DNA from: a virus
Virus record (IMG/VR): IMGVR_UViG_3300045988_149625
Direction: 5' to 3' (one strand)
DNA: 64,000 bases
The position numbers were made by a program, and so were the translations under genes. Shown piece after piece: positions 45,823-54,904 of the stretch; the first letter of the stretch is position 1; each line of letters starts with the position of its first letter. Under the pieces are notes generated by a model, which was not told the DNA's origin, did not search any database, and worked only from the letters and a program-made list of their open reading frames with translations.

Positions 45823-47717
45823 AAATGAAAGGTGATTTTACGCTTTTATTATCTGGTGTTGAGCCTAAGGAAAACTGGGAAGTAGCATCTTCTGTAACAA
45901 AGAATGTGCTACTTTCCTATAAGTATATTCGTAAACGTGGATTAGATGAAATTGTAAAGCGTTTAAAGTCCCATAGGGGAATGAAAGTTTTAATTGATAG
46001 TGGTGCTTATACATTCTTTAATGATAAAGAGTTTAATAATAAGACTATTGAATGGTGGGAAGATTATTTAGTAAAGTATATTAACTTTATACGTGAGTAC
46101 CGTGACTATATCTTTGCCTGCGTGGAACTAGATATTGATAGTATTGTTGGCGAGGATATTGTAGAAGGTTGGCGTGAAAAGTATTTCTACCCATTAGAAA
46201 GAGAAGGAATAAATGTTATTTATCTTTATCATTTAGATAAAGATTTATCGCATTTTGAAAAGCTTTGTAAGCAGCATCCTTATGTTGGATTTTCGTACAT
46301 GGAGATAAAGCATACTATTGAGGATATGGGGGAAAGAGAAAATCTCATTTCACAACTATTCCAAATAGCTAAAAGGTATAAATCTGCTATTCATGGTTTT
46401 GCAATTACAGGTAATAAGCTACTATTGAGTTATCCATTCTTTTCCGCAGATTCTACTACGTATTTAACAGGTGCGCAATTTGGTACAATTACCTACTTTG
46501 AAGCAGGTCAAATGAAGCATCTTGAAAAAACACAGTGGAAAACAGAATATATGGAAAAACTAAAGGCGTTGGGGTTAAAGGAGAAATTGCTTGAAATAGA
46601 ATCTCCTTATGAGCTTATAAGAGCAAATGCCATTAGCTATAAGAAATTTGAAGAATACGTTAAAAATGTTATGCGGCCACAAAAATATTGGGAAGCACGT
46701 TCAAACACTAAATACTCTATTCCAGATGCATCATGGTTTGAAGGGGATATGCAAGATTGGCAGGAACGCTTAGAACTAGCAGGAATTGATACAAACATTC
46801 CTCAAACAGCGGGTGAAACAATTTTACATGATGCTTATATTTTTCTAAATGAGCCTAAAGAAGCCAAGAATTATGAACTTGACGACCTTGTGGGTTTATG
46901 TGCAATGTTTGGTGCAACAGGTGCAAACTATAATACAAAAGATAAGTGTATAAAGTTTTTGCAGGAAGCTTTCAAAGAACATGTTGACGGTATGCGAAAC
47001 GAGTTGTCAAATTTGCAGAATCCAGAAGAGGGGCAGCGTATAGCACTTGAACGTGAGGACTATATTACAGAGAAAGAGTATTTAGAGGTTGAAATGAGTA
47101 GGGAAGAATGTGGAGAACTTCTACCTGCATTATTAACTTCTGGATATGATAAAGATGATGTTGAAAAATCTTTAATAGAACAAGGTATTAAACCAATCTA
47201 TGATAAAAATGGTAATATCTTAAAAGGTATCAAAAAGGTTAAGCGACAGAAAAAGCTTTCCACAAGGGCTTTGCCTAGACTTTCTTGTGATAGATGCGTA
47301 ATGGCAGCAAACTGTACAGAGTACCAAGCAGGATATATTTGTGCATACGATAAAATGTTCCGCAGATTTAACACCAGGGAACAAGAAGATGTTATACAGG
47401 GAATGACAGCTATTGCTGATTTAGCAATAGAACGTGCTCAAAAAGCCTTTATGCTTGAAACAGCTATGGGTGGGACACCTACAAAGGCTACTTCACAGGC
47501 AATGCAGGATGCTTTTGGATATTTAACTAAGTTAAAAGAATTGCAAGATGAAGTAAAAGGACGACCAGTTATGGTTTCACAAACAAAAATCAAGGGCGGC
47601 AGTATCGAACAAACTGTTGTTCATGGTGCTAATCCTCAATCTGGCGGCATTTTAGAGCGAATTTTTATGGAAGATACAGACGATGAAAAAACAGTAGAAG
47701 CGGAGGTAGTTAAATGA
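45807..47717 (+). CDS. DpdA/TGT-like (tRNA-guanine transglycosylase superfamily) protein, putative DNA 7-deazaguanine transglycosylase
   Basis: VLIDSGAYTF resembles TGT LTDSGGFQ. C-terminal Cys cluster (SCDRC...NC...C). Lies next to the QueC and QueE-like genes. 636 aa. Confidence 0.4.
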   Translation: MGAYLKMKGDFTLLLSGVEPKENWEVASSVTKNVLLSYKYIRKRGLDEIVKRLKSHRGMKVLIDSGAYTFFNDKEFNNKTIEWWEDYLVKYINFIREYRDYIFACVELDIDSIVGEDIVEGWREKYFYPLEREGINVIYLYHLDKDLSHFEKLCKQHPYVGFSYMEIKHTIEDMGERENLISQLFQIAKRYKSAIHGFAITGNKLLLSYPFFSADSTTYLTGAQFGTITYFEAGQMKHLEKTQWKTEYMEKLKALGLKEKLLEIESPYELIRANAISYKKFEEYVKNVMRPQKYWEARSNTKYSIPDASWFEGDMQDWQERLELAGIDTNIPQTAGETILHDAYIFLNEPKEAKNYELDDLVGLCAMFGATGANYNTKDKCIKFLQEAFKEHVDGMRNELSNLQNPEEGQRIALEREDYITEKEYLEVEMSREECGELLPALLTSGYDKDDVEKSLIEQGIKPIYDKNGNILKGIKKVKRQKKLSTRALPRLSCDRCVMAANCTEYQAGYICAYDKMFRRFNTREQEDVIQGMTAIADLAIERAQKAFMLETAMGGTPTKATSQAMQDAFGYLTKLKELQDEVKGRPVMVSQTKIKGGSIEQTVVHGANPQSGGILERIFMEDTDDEKTVEAEVVK

Positions 47718-49873
47718 GAAAATTAGCAAGTGTAGAAATTATAGATAAATTAGAGCCTATCCCAAATGCTGATAGAATTTTAAAAGCAACTGTAAAAGGT
47801 TGGGAATGTGTTGTAAGTAAGAGTGACAACTTTCAGCAAGGCGATAAAGTAGTGTATATTGAAGTAGATTCTGTTCTCCCTGCAAGACCAGAATTTGCCT
47901 TCCTTAAAGACAGAAAGTACCGCATTAAGACTATTAAGTTGCGTAAACAGATTTCACAAGGTTTGATTCTGCCTTTAAGTTACTTGCCAAACAAAGAATA
48001 CGCTGTTGGGGAAGATGTAACTAAAATATTGAATATTAAGAAATTTGACCCGCAGCTTGAAGCAGAGAATAAAATCATGGCAGTTGCTGCCCCAAAAGGA
48101 AGATTCACATTCTTATGGAAGCCTTTAATGCGTTTCCGTTGGTTTAGACGCTTATATGCAAAATTCCATGTACAGAATGAAAAGTTCCCTACTTACATTG
48201 CAAGCAAGACTGATGAAGAACGCTGGCAGAATATTACTGACAAGCTTGAACAATGGAGAGATACAAATGTCCCCCTGATTTGTACAGAGAAGGTCGACGG
48301 CTGCCATTCATACAGAAGTAGTGTAATTACAAATAAGGGGTTCTTGCCAATAGGTAAAATTGTAAATGAAAAACTTGATGTGGAAGTTCTTACTTATAAT
48401 GAAGAATCCAAATGTTGTGAGTTTAAACCTATTATAGATTATCATAAAATCTTATGTACAAAGCCTACATACCGCATTGGTGTAGGAAGTCGTGGTAAGG
48501 GAAATAAGCCTAAATATATTGAGTGTACCTCTAACCATGAATTTTTAACACAAGACGGCTGGAAGCAAGCGGATGAGCTTACTTTAGATGATACTCTAAT
48601 GCACTATTTTTCTGTTATTAACTATGATATTCAAAGTATTATCTTAGGCTGCTTACTAGGGGATAGCAGCATTAATGGCAATAGAAAAGGTACATCTTAC
48701 TTAACTGTACTGTTTGGGCACTCTGAAAAACAAGTAGAATATTTTAATTATAAGAAGCAGCTTTTTGGAAATCTTTTTATTGAACAAAAGGATACTTTAA
48801 GTGGATATGGCAGTGTAATTAAACATGGTATTTTACGTTCCAATGAGGGTGTTCGTAGACTTATTGAGGAGTATTGTTTGGTAGATGATAAATTTGCGGT
48901 AACACAAAAATATTGCGATGCTTTAACACCTATGTCATTGGCATTTTGGTATATGGACGACGGAAGCCTTTTAACAGGTACTTTACGACCAAAAGCAATT
49001 TTAAATACGCAAGCATATGATTTAAATACTATCAAAATGCTTGTAGAAACCTTACGTAACCGCTTTGGTTTAGAGGCATTTATTGGAGATAAAGAAGTTT
49101 ATAAAGGATACGTTATTTATTTCTCTGTGGAATCTACCCTTAAATTTGCACAATTAATTGCCCCCTATGTATGCGAAAGTATGAGATATAAATTACCAGA
49201 ACAGTATAGAAGTTATGGATGTGCTTTAAATAGTGTAAATACAGAAGTGCAAGATATTTTACCCACAAAAATTCTCTCCATTGAAGAGTTTGAAGCAGGT
49301 CATTTTGGCAAGCATATGTATGATTTAACTATTCAAGATAATCATAATTATTTTGTACATAGTATTTTAACTCATAATTGTTCCTCAACCTTCTTTTTAG
49401 ACGGCGGCACTTTTGGGGTTTGCAGTAGAAATATTTGGCTACGTAAGGAAGATAATTCGCCCTATTGGGAAATTGCAAGACGCTTTCAGATTGAGGAAGC
49501 TTTAAAGGAGATTCAAAAGTGCTTTGGTTTTAGAAAAATTGTTTTACAAGGTGAGATTATTGGGCAAAATATCCAAGCTAATAAATATAAGATTAGCGGG
49601 TATGATTTTTATGCCTATAATTTAATCCTTGACGGCATTAAAGTTTCACAAGTAAAAATGGAAGAGCTTCTTAAAGAATTTCGCATTAAAACAGTGCCTG
49701 TAGTTTATAAGCATATCAATGTGCCAAGTGACTTACAGACCTTAAACAATCTTGCGAGTGGTAAAAGTGTATTACTTGATACACAAGAGCGTGAAGGTAT
49801 CGTTTGCAGAAATTATGAGCAGGGGATTTCTTTTAAAGCGATTTCCCCAACTTTCTTGCTAAAAGAAGAATAA
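47714..49873 (+). CDS. RNA ligase (N-terminal tRNA-binding-like OB domain plus nucleotidyltransferase domain, Rnl5/DraRnl-like) interrupted by an intein
   Basis: N-terminus SVEII...PNADRIL...VGDKVVYIEVDSVLP is tRNA-binding-domain-like. Motif I TEKVDG is followed immediately by the intein Cys. C-extein has EGIVCRN (motif IV). Confidence 0.6.
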   Translation: MRKLASVEIIDKLEPIPNADRILKATVKGWECVVSKSDNFQQGDKVVYIEVDSVLPARPEFAFLKDRKYRIKTIKLRKQISQGLILPLSYLPNKEYAVGEDVTKILNIKKFDPQLEAENKIMAVAAPKGRFTFLWKPLMRFRWFRRLYAKFHVQNEKFPTYIASKTDEERWQNITDKLEQWRDTNVPLICTEKVDGCHSYRSSVITNKGFLPIGKIVNEKLDVEVLTYNEESKCCEFKPIIDYHKILCTKPTYRIGVGSRGKGNKPKYIECTSNHEFLTQDGWKQADELTLDDTLMHYFSVINYDIQSIILGCLLGDSSINGNRKGTSYLTVLFGHSEKQVEYFNYKKQLFGNLFIEQKDTLSGYGSVIKHGILRSNEGVRRLIEEYCLVDDKFAVTQKYCDALTPMSLAFWYMDDGSLLTGTLRPKAILNTQAYDLNTIKMLVETLRNRFGLEAFIGDKEVYKGYVIYFSVESTLKFAQLIAPYVCESMRYKLPEQYRSYGCALNSVNTEVQDILPTKILSIEEFEAGHFGKHMYDLTIQDNHNYFVHSILTHNCSSTFFLDGGTFGVCSRNIWLRKEDNSPYWEIARRFQIEEALKEIQKCFGFRKIVLQGEIIGQNIQANKYKISGYDFYAYNLILDGIKVSQVKMEELLKEFRIKTVPVVYKHINVPSDLQTLNNLASGKSVLLDTQEREGIVCRNYEQGISFKAISPTFLLKEE
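48302..49378 (+). mobile_element. intein (359 aa) with LAGLIDADG homing-endonuclease domain, inserted after ligase motif I (KVDG|C...HN|C)
   Basis: Starts at Cys197 right after KVDG and ends ...SILTHN before the +1 Cys. LAGLIDADG-type blocks ILGCLLGDSSI and LAFWYMDDGSL. In-frame, length is a multiple of 3. Confidence 0.7.
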
Positions 49874-49878
49874 AGTAG

Positions 49879-49907
49879 TTGACAAGCCTTTTTGATTGTG
49901 TTATAAT
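49879..49907 (+). promoter_or_regulatory. sigma-70-like promoter
   Basis: ttgaca at 49879-49884 and tgtgttataat ending at 49907. Confidence 0.45.
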
Positions 49908-49942
49908 AAAGACACATTCAGAAAGGCTTTTATTATAGGTGG

Positions 49943-50296
49943 TTGAAAATGAAAATCTCGGTAACTGAAATTAAACGTAAAAAAGAGTTTCCTAAATACA
50001 TACTTACAGAGTCAAGTGATAAATTGGTAGTAAATACTGGCAATTTAAAATTCCTAGCAAGCTGTATTTATGCGTCAAATCATTATCCTGTCCGCATTGT
50101 TATTGATGAGGGGGGTGAGGATTTTACCTATGGTTTTGTAGTCTATATTTCAAAGGAATTTCTTATATGTATTGATACAAGTTCTGAGAATGAAAATTTT
50201 CAATCAATCTTTAAAATTCCTGTTGACAGCTTTTCAAAGCTGTGTTATAATGGATGTAGATTCAAGATATACATTAAAGAATCATTATGTAAATAA
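49943..50296 (+). CDS. hypothetical protein
   Basis: 117 aa. RBS aggtggttgaaaATG. Confidence 0.35.
   Translation: MKMKISVTEIKRKKEFPKYILTESSDKLVVNTGNLKFLASCIYASNHYPVRIVIDEGGEDFTYGFVVYISKEFLICIDTSSENENFQSIFKIPVDSFSKLCYNGCRFKIYIKESLCK
50223..50251 (+). promoter_or_regulatory. sigma-70-like promoter embedded in 3' end of preceding ORF
   Basis: ttgaca at 50223-50228 and tgtgttataat ending at 50251. Confidence 0.35.
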
Positions 50297-50307
50297 GGAG
50301 TGTCAAA

Positions 50308-50733
50308 ATGAAGCAACCAATTATGCGTTTTAAAGATGAGAAAGATTTGCAGCAAGCTACTCGGAAATGGCAAGGAATTTTGCAGCTAAATGATTGGCTG
50401 ATTAAAACAAACCTTGTAGATGATGCTATTAAAGATGGTAACGATACTTGTGACGGCATTAATAATGTTACTCATTCAACTAAAACAGCCATAATTACAA
50501 TCTCGCATTGTAATGATGTAGACTTTGTTTTTAAACATTGTGAAGAACTTGTTTTAATTCACGAGTTACTTCACTGTACTATTATGGCTGTGGGGAACAC
50601 GCAGAGAAGTATTGAAGCCTGTGTCTATGAAGAGGTAATGCACCAGCCTATTGATACTATTGCACGTGCATTACTTATGACAGAGTACAATTTAACATTT
50701 GAGTGGTTTATGGAGGATGAAATTAAGGAATAA
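50308..50733 (+). CDS. hypothetical protein
   Basis: 141 aa. RBS aaggagtgtcaaaATG. Confidence 0.35.
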   Translation: MKQPIMRFKDEKDLQQATRKWQGILQLNDWLIKTNLVDDAIKDGNDTCDGINNVTHSTKTAIITISHCNDVDFVFKHCEELVLIHELLHCTIMAVGNTQRSIEACVYEEVMHQPIDTIARALLMTEYNLTFEWFMEDEIKE

Positions 50734-50817
50734 GAGGTGTCTTATGTTAATTCGTTCACCGCCGATTTAAAAACTCTTAAAGTCTACAAACTCCTTTAAA
50801 ATAAAGGAGAATTTAAA

Positions 50818-51048
50818 TTGGTACTTATTATTACAGGAATTATTATCTTATTTGCACCTATGGTTATTTTTACAAAGGGTTATTTTAAAATCCCTACTGA
50901 TATGGCGCAAGTTTTTGATACTATGAAATCCGCTACTGGCGTAGACTTGAAAGCTATTGCAGACGCAAATACCATTGATGCAAAAGTTAATAAGAATGTT
51001 GCTATTAAAGGAGCAATTCCTGTTAAAAATGCAGCTAAAAAGTCTTAA
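50818..51048 (+). CDS. small membrane protein
   Basis: TTG start after aaaggagaatttaaa. N-terminal TM helix. Confidence 0.35.
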   Translation: MVLIITGIIILFAPMVIFTKGYFKIPTDMAQVFDTMKSATGVDLKAIADANTIDAKVNKNVAIKGAIPVKNAAKKS

Positions 51049-51054
51049 TTAGCA

Positions 51055-51086
51055 AGGGTGCTCCTAATGGAGCACTCTTTATTTAT
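51055..51086 (+). terminator. rho-independent terminator
   Basis: agggtgctcc-taat-ggagcactct then ttatttat. Confidence 0.5.
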
Positions 51087-51091
51087 ATACC

Positions 51092-51150
51092 CCAGACGCA
51101 CAGATTTGGCTTGTATGCGTTCCAAAGTGAAGATAGGTATAAATTTACCT
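51092..51150 (+). repeat. conserved ~60-bp intergenic element, copy A (cagatttggcttgtatgcgt...ataggtataaat)
   Basis: About 85% identical to 61651-61712. Both copies follow a terminator and precede a TTGACA promoter. Confidence 0.6.
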
Positions 51151-51174
51151 AACCTATAAATTTAAAAATAGTGC

Positions 51175-51203
51175 TTGACAATGCTTAGAAAATGTGGTAC
51201 TAT
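51175..51203 (+). promoter_or_regulatory. sigma-70-like promoter
   Basis: ttgaca at 51175-51180 and tggtactat ending at 51203. Confidence 0.45.
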
Positions 51204-51230
51204 ATAGGTAACAAAGAAAAGGAGGTTACT

Positions 51231-51584
51231 ATGAAACGATATCATAAAGATGTATATTTTCCAGTATTTTTAGACTTAGACGGCTTTTTGAAGAATTTGC
51301 CACAACTGACGTATTCAAAACACTTTTTGCAGCAGCTTGGCAAAAAGGGAAGAACAAAAATTCCCCAAATAAATGCAGCTATTGCAAGGACAAGGGGTAA
51401 TATTTTCGAGGTTTATGTTGAAAATGGTGTAATTGAAAAAGCCTGCATAAGCATAAGAGTTGATAGATTTAAGTCTTATGTCTATGTTATTGCAAAGAGC
51501 GGATATGTCGTTACTGCATGGGTAACACGTAAAGAGGGAATACTTTGCAATATGAATAAGTCTTTATATGAAAGGGGCAATTAA
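51231..51584 (+). CDS. hypothetical protein
   Basis: RBS aaaggaggtt then ATG at 51231 (MKRYHKDVYF...). Confidence 0.4.
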   Translation: MKRYHKDVYFPVFLDLDGFLKNLPQLTYSKHFLQQLGKKGRTKIPQINAAIARTRGNIFEVYVENGVIEKACISIRVDRFKSYVYVIAKSGYVVTAWVTRKEGILCNMNKSLYERGN

Positions 51585-51585
51585 A

Positions 51586-51798
51586 ATGTTTATATTTCGT
51601 TGTAATAATACGATTTTTATGAATGTTATAAGTGTATCTTTAGGTATGGATGCTAACCATACACCTGTATTAAAGGTAAAAACATCAGATTTAGATACAG
51701 CCATAATTAAAACATATAAAACATCAGAAGATGCTTTGGCAGCCTTTAATAGAATTTGCAATGAGCTTAAAATTGGCAAGACTTATATTGAGGTGTAA
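51586..51798 (+). CDS. hypothetical small protein
   Basis: RBS gaaagggg then ATG at 51586. Confidence 0.35.
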   Translation: MFIFRCNNTIFMNVISVSLGMDANHTPVLKVKTSDLDTAIIKTYKTSEDALAAFNRICNELKIGKTYIEV

Positions 51799-51901
51799 TA
51801 ATGGACGAAAGTTACGTATTTTGCTTTTTCACGATTTGTTCCTTCACTTTTGCGTGTGTCACATTGTATTTTATGTATTTAATGGAAAGAGGTGATAAAT
51901 A

Positions 51902-52096
51902 ATGTATACTCCAACTAAAACGCCAAACACTTTAAGTGTTAAAATTGTGCAAGATTTTTTTAAAGATATTAACAAGAAGGGTGCGCCTGTTTTAGTAGTG
52001 ATTGATAATAAAGAATATGTCTTAGAATGTTTATTAGAGCAAAAAGACAGTGTTTGTTTATATGCAGGTGAAGTTTATACACGTAAGGGGGTATAA
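51902..52096 (+). CDS. hypothetical small protein
   Basis: RBS ggaaagaggtgataaataATG. Confidence 0.35.
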   Translation: MYTPTKTPNTLSVKIVQDFFKDINKKGAPVLVVIDNKEYVLECLLEQKDSVCLYAGEVYTRKGV

Positions 52097-52098
52097 AT

Positions 52099-52545
52099 AT
52101 GGAAACTTTAAAACTTTTTAATACTATTATGGACGAATTTTCTAATAAAACTGAACAAGAAAATTTCTTTAAAAAATTTGAGGAAGTTGTTGGAAAGCCT
52201 GTTATGCAAAAAGCTTTTTATCCAATGTATACATATCTTTACGGCGAGCATTTTAATAGTGAGCTTGCAACAGAGGCTGTACAGGGTATGGATAATATAA
52301 ACGGCACTAAAGGGGAAACTTATACATTCACTGCTTGTGTAGATGCAGCTGAAAAACTTGGTTTAAGTTGGGAAAAATATAATAAATTTGATTGGTACTT
52401 TACACTTAATATGATTGCAAGCGATTATGCAGGTATTGTAGAGGATGTAAAATTTGTTGAAATTGCAAAAGCTTGGCTTGAAGATAAAGACGTTCCAGAA
52501 GGGAAAGCTTTACGATATTGGTGGAAGGTGGTGAAGTGTAATTGA
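52099..52545 (+). CDS. hypothetical protein
   Basis: 148 aa. RBS gggggtataaatATG. Confidence 0.35.
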   Translation: METLKLFNTIMDEFSNKTEQENFFKKFEEVVGKPVMQKAFYPMYTYLYGEHFNSELATEAVQGMDNINGTKGETYTFTACVDAAEKLGLSWEKYNKFDWYFTLNMIASDYAGIVEDVKFVEIAKAWLEDKDVPEGKALRYWWKVVKCN

Positions 52546-52835
52546 TTACAGAGTTTCCTTATGATAATACCTTCGATACTATATTTAATAAGATTAAGAA
52601 TGGGGATACTATTCTAATTACAGATATTGAGGGCAAATTATTTTGGAACACAGTACAAGCACATGCACTAGAAAAAGGAGATTCCTATTTAAACGCAAGT
52701 AAAGCTAGTTATACTATTTTTGTTTATAAAGACATTACTTGGGGCGCAACTTTAAATAAGAATGATTCTACAATTAAATTATGCAAGGTGCGGAAAGTAG
52801 AATATGTTTATCATGCTTGGGAAGAAGTAGAATAA
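52542..52835 (+). CDS. hypothetical protein
   Basis: 97 aa. TTG start overlapping the upstream stop. Confidence 0.3.
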   Translation: MITEFPYDNTFDTIFNKIKNGDTILITDIEGKLFWNTVQAHALEKGDSYLNASKASYTIFVYKDITWGATLNKNDSTIKLCKVRKVEYVYHAWEEVE

Positions 52836-52837
52836 TA

Positions 52838-52866
52838 AAGCGCACTTGACATGGTGCGCTTTTTCT
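52838..52866 (+). terminator. rho-independent terminator whose loop carries the -35 of the next promoter
   Basis: aagcgcac-ttgacatg-gtgcgctt then ttttt. TTGACA lies at 52846-52851 and tgttataat ends at 52874. Confidence 0.45.
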
Positions 52867-52896
52867 GTTATAATAAGCGCATAAGGAGGTATTCAT

Positions 52897-53397
52897 ATGA
52901 GCGCAGAAGATTATATGTTTGAAAGTGGCGATTGGGCTGATTGGTCATATACATATAGCGGATACCATAAGCGCAGACGTTATAAACAATATGATAGTTT
53001 TGATTACAGTTTTTACAACAAGTCTTATACTACCAGTGAGCGTAGAGCTTATGGGTATAGAAAAGTACGTGCTTTTTATAGGGAGTTTTTAAAAGCACTC
53101 CCCTTAGCATTAAAGGAAAAAGCTTTTTATAAGCTTTTTAAACGTAATTTGCAGTATAGGGCACTTTCCTATACGGAAGATGTGCCAGAACAGTATGAAA
53201 ATGTTTTTACACGTCTGGTAATTAATTTGGCAACTACAGAAGATTTAACAAATGCTTGGTTAAATATGAATGTCTATGAATATTTTAGGAAACTTCCTAG
53301 AGTGTTGCAGGAAAGTTTGTTAAAAGGTTTTGTAGATAATTACAACTTAGATTTAAGCAAGCTGTCGCATATAAAGGAATATAATATTAATGCTTGA
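52897..53397 (+). CDS. hypothetical protein (Y/R-rich)
   Basis: 166 aa. RBS aaggaggtattcatATG. Confidence 0.35.
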   Translation: MSAEDYMFESGDWADWSYTYSGYHKRRRYKQYDSFDYSFYNKSYTTSERRAYGYRKVRAFYREFLKALPLALKEKAFYKLFKRNLQYRALSYTEDVPEQYENVFTRLVINLATTEDLTNAWLNMNVYEYFRKLPRVLQESLLKGFVDNYNLDLSKLSHIKEYNINA

Positions 53398-53422
53398 CAT
53401 TCTGTGAGGATTGCGTTATACT
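53394..53422 (+). promoter_or_regulatory. sigma-70-like promoter
   Basis: ttgaca at 53394-53399 and tatact at 53417-53422. Confidence 0.4.
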
Positions 53423-53449
53423 TAATATATCAAAGAAAGGGGCAATAAC

Positions 53450-53635
53450 ATGATTACTGTAAAAGTAACAACTACTAAACAACTATATTCCTTAATTAAC
53501 TGTTTATTCGAGCTACATAGGAATGAGCTTGAAACGGAGGAAAAGAAGCAGCTAACGGCTGTGACACTACTCCCATACAATCAATCTATCTATATGCCTG
53601 TAGAGCTTTATTTGAAGATAAGGGGGATATTATGA
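53450..53635 (+). CDS. hypothetical small protein
   Basis: RBS aaaggggcaataacATG. Confidence 0.35.
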   Translation: MITVKVTTTKQLYSLINCLFELHRNELETEEKKQLTAVTLLPYNQSIYMPVELYLKIRGIL

Positions 53636-54117
53636 TTTATCTTGTAGCCGACACACACTTCAACCATGATATGATGATTGAGAGTGGTTTGCGCCCAAAA
53701 GAGTATGAACGAAAGCTTATTAGAAATTGGAATAAGCAGGTAAAAGATGAAGATATTGTCATTCTCTTAGGGGATATTTCTTGGCGAAATGATTATAGTG
53801 TTCTTGAAAAATTGCATGGAAGAAAGATTCTTGTAAGAGGTAATCATGATAAACATTCCTGCGAGGCTTTTATGAAAGTCTTTGACTTTGCGTGTGATTC
53901 GTTTACAATGGACTACAAGGGAATTAATATCATTTTTACGCATAAACCATTAAAGCGTTTTTCACAAGATGTAAATATTCATGGACATTTACATGATAAA
54001 CCTGCTTTAAGAGATAAAAGACACATTCTTATTTCCCTGGAAAAAATGGGATACTGTGTGTTCCCTTTAAAGGGAATTATTAAGAAGTGGAAAAAGCTTA
54101 ATATGGAGGGATGCTAA
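53632..54117 (+). CDS. calcineurin-like metallophosphoesterase
   Basis: DTHFNH, GDISW, GNHD and GHLH metal-binding motifs. Confidence 0.55.
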   Translation: MIYLVADTHFNHDMMIESGLRPKEYERKLIRNWNKQVKDEDIVILLGDISWRNDYSVLEKLHGRKILVRGNHDKHSCEAFMKVFDFACDSFTMDYKGINIIFTHKPLKRFSQDVNIHGHLHDKPALRDKRHILISLEKMGYCVFPLKGIIKKWKKLNMEGC

Positions 54118-54846
54118 TTGATTTATATTACAGGTGATATTCACCAAAATTTTGATACTTGGAAGTTTGACGGAATTGATTTTAAATCAGAAGATTTCCT
54201 AATTATATGCGGAGATTTTGGTTGGGTATGGGCACATTCTTCTTTAAAGAAGCAAGTCTTAGATGAGAAGAAAAGACTACGTGCTTTTGTTCAAAAGCTG
54301 AAATGTACAGTGCTTTTCTGTGACGGAAACCACGAAAACTTTGCAAGATTGAATGATTATAAAGAATTTCCAGTTACAAAGCGTTGGGGTGGTAAGGTAC
54401 AAAAACTATGTAATAAATGTTATCATTTAGTACGTGGTGAAAGCTTCCTCATTGACGGCAAAAAATTCCTTGCTTTAGGTGGAGCGGAGTCACATGATAA
54501 ATTTCTTAGAACGCCAAATTTATCATGGTGGGAACAAGAAACGATTGAGGATGCAGAAGTTGAAAACGCTATAAAAAATTCTGACAATGTAGATTGTGTT
54601 ATAACACATTGTTGTCCTACATCTATTCTTACAGATTTATATGCAGCAAGGTGTATTGACAGTGTGCAGCCTACACTTTCCACGGAACAATTAGAAAAGT
54701 TGTATAAACATTTATGTACTAAAAATCATAAATTTAAATGGTTCTTTGGACATTATCATTTTGATAGGAATTTTACAAAGGGAGCAGGAGATTTCTATTT
54801 ACTGTATGATGCAATTTATTGTTTAGATACAGACAGCCATTTTTAA
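54118..54846 (+). CDS. calcineurin-like metallophosphoesterase (second, paralogous-type)
   Basis: GDIHQN, CGDFGW, DGNHENF and GHYHFD motifs. TTG start after ggaggg. Confidence 0.5.
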   Translation: MIYITGDIHQNFDTWKFDGIDFKSEDFLIICGDFGWVWAHSSLKKQVLDEKKRLRAFVQKLKCTVLFCDGNHENFARLNDYKEFPVTKRWGGKVQKLCNKCYHLVRGESFLIDGKKFLALGGAESHDKFLRTPNLSWWEQETIEDAEVENAIKNSDNVDCVITHCCPTSILTDLYAARCIDSVQPTLSTEQLEKLYKHLCTKNHKFKWFFGHYHFDRNFTKGAGDFYLLYDAIYCLDTDSHF

Positions 54847-54904
54847 TTGACAATCCCCCTTTGACGTGTTAGACTGATAAGGGGAATTTTTATAGGAGGT
54901 TAGA

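Noticed and set aside
54846-54900. Possible promoter with two TTGAC hexamers (54846-54851 and 54861-54866)
   Set aside because: No acceptable -10 element at 16-19 bp spacing from either hexamer. Left unannotated.
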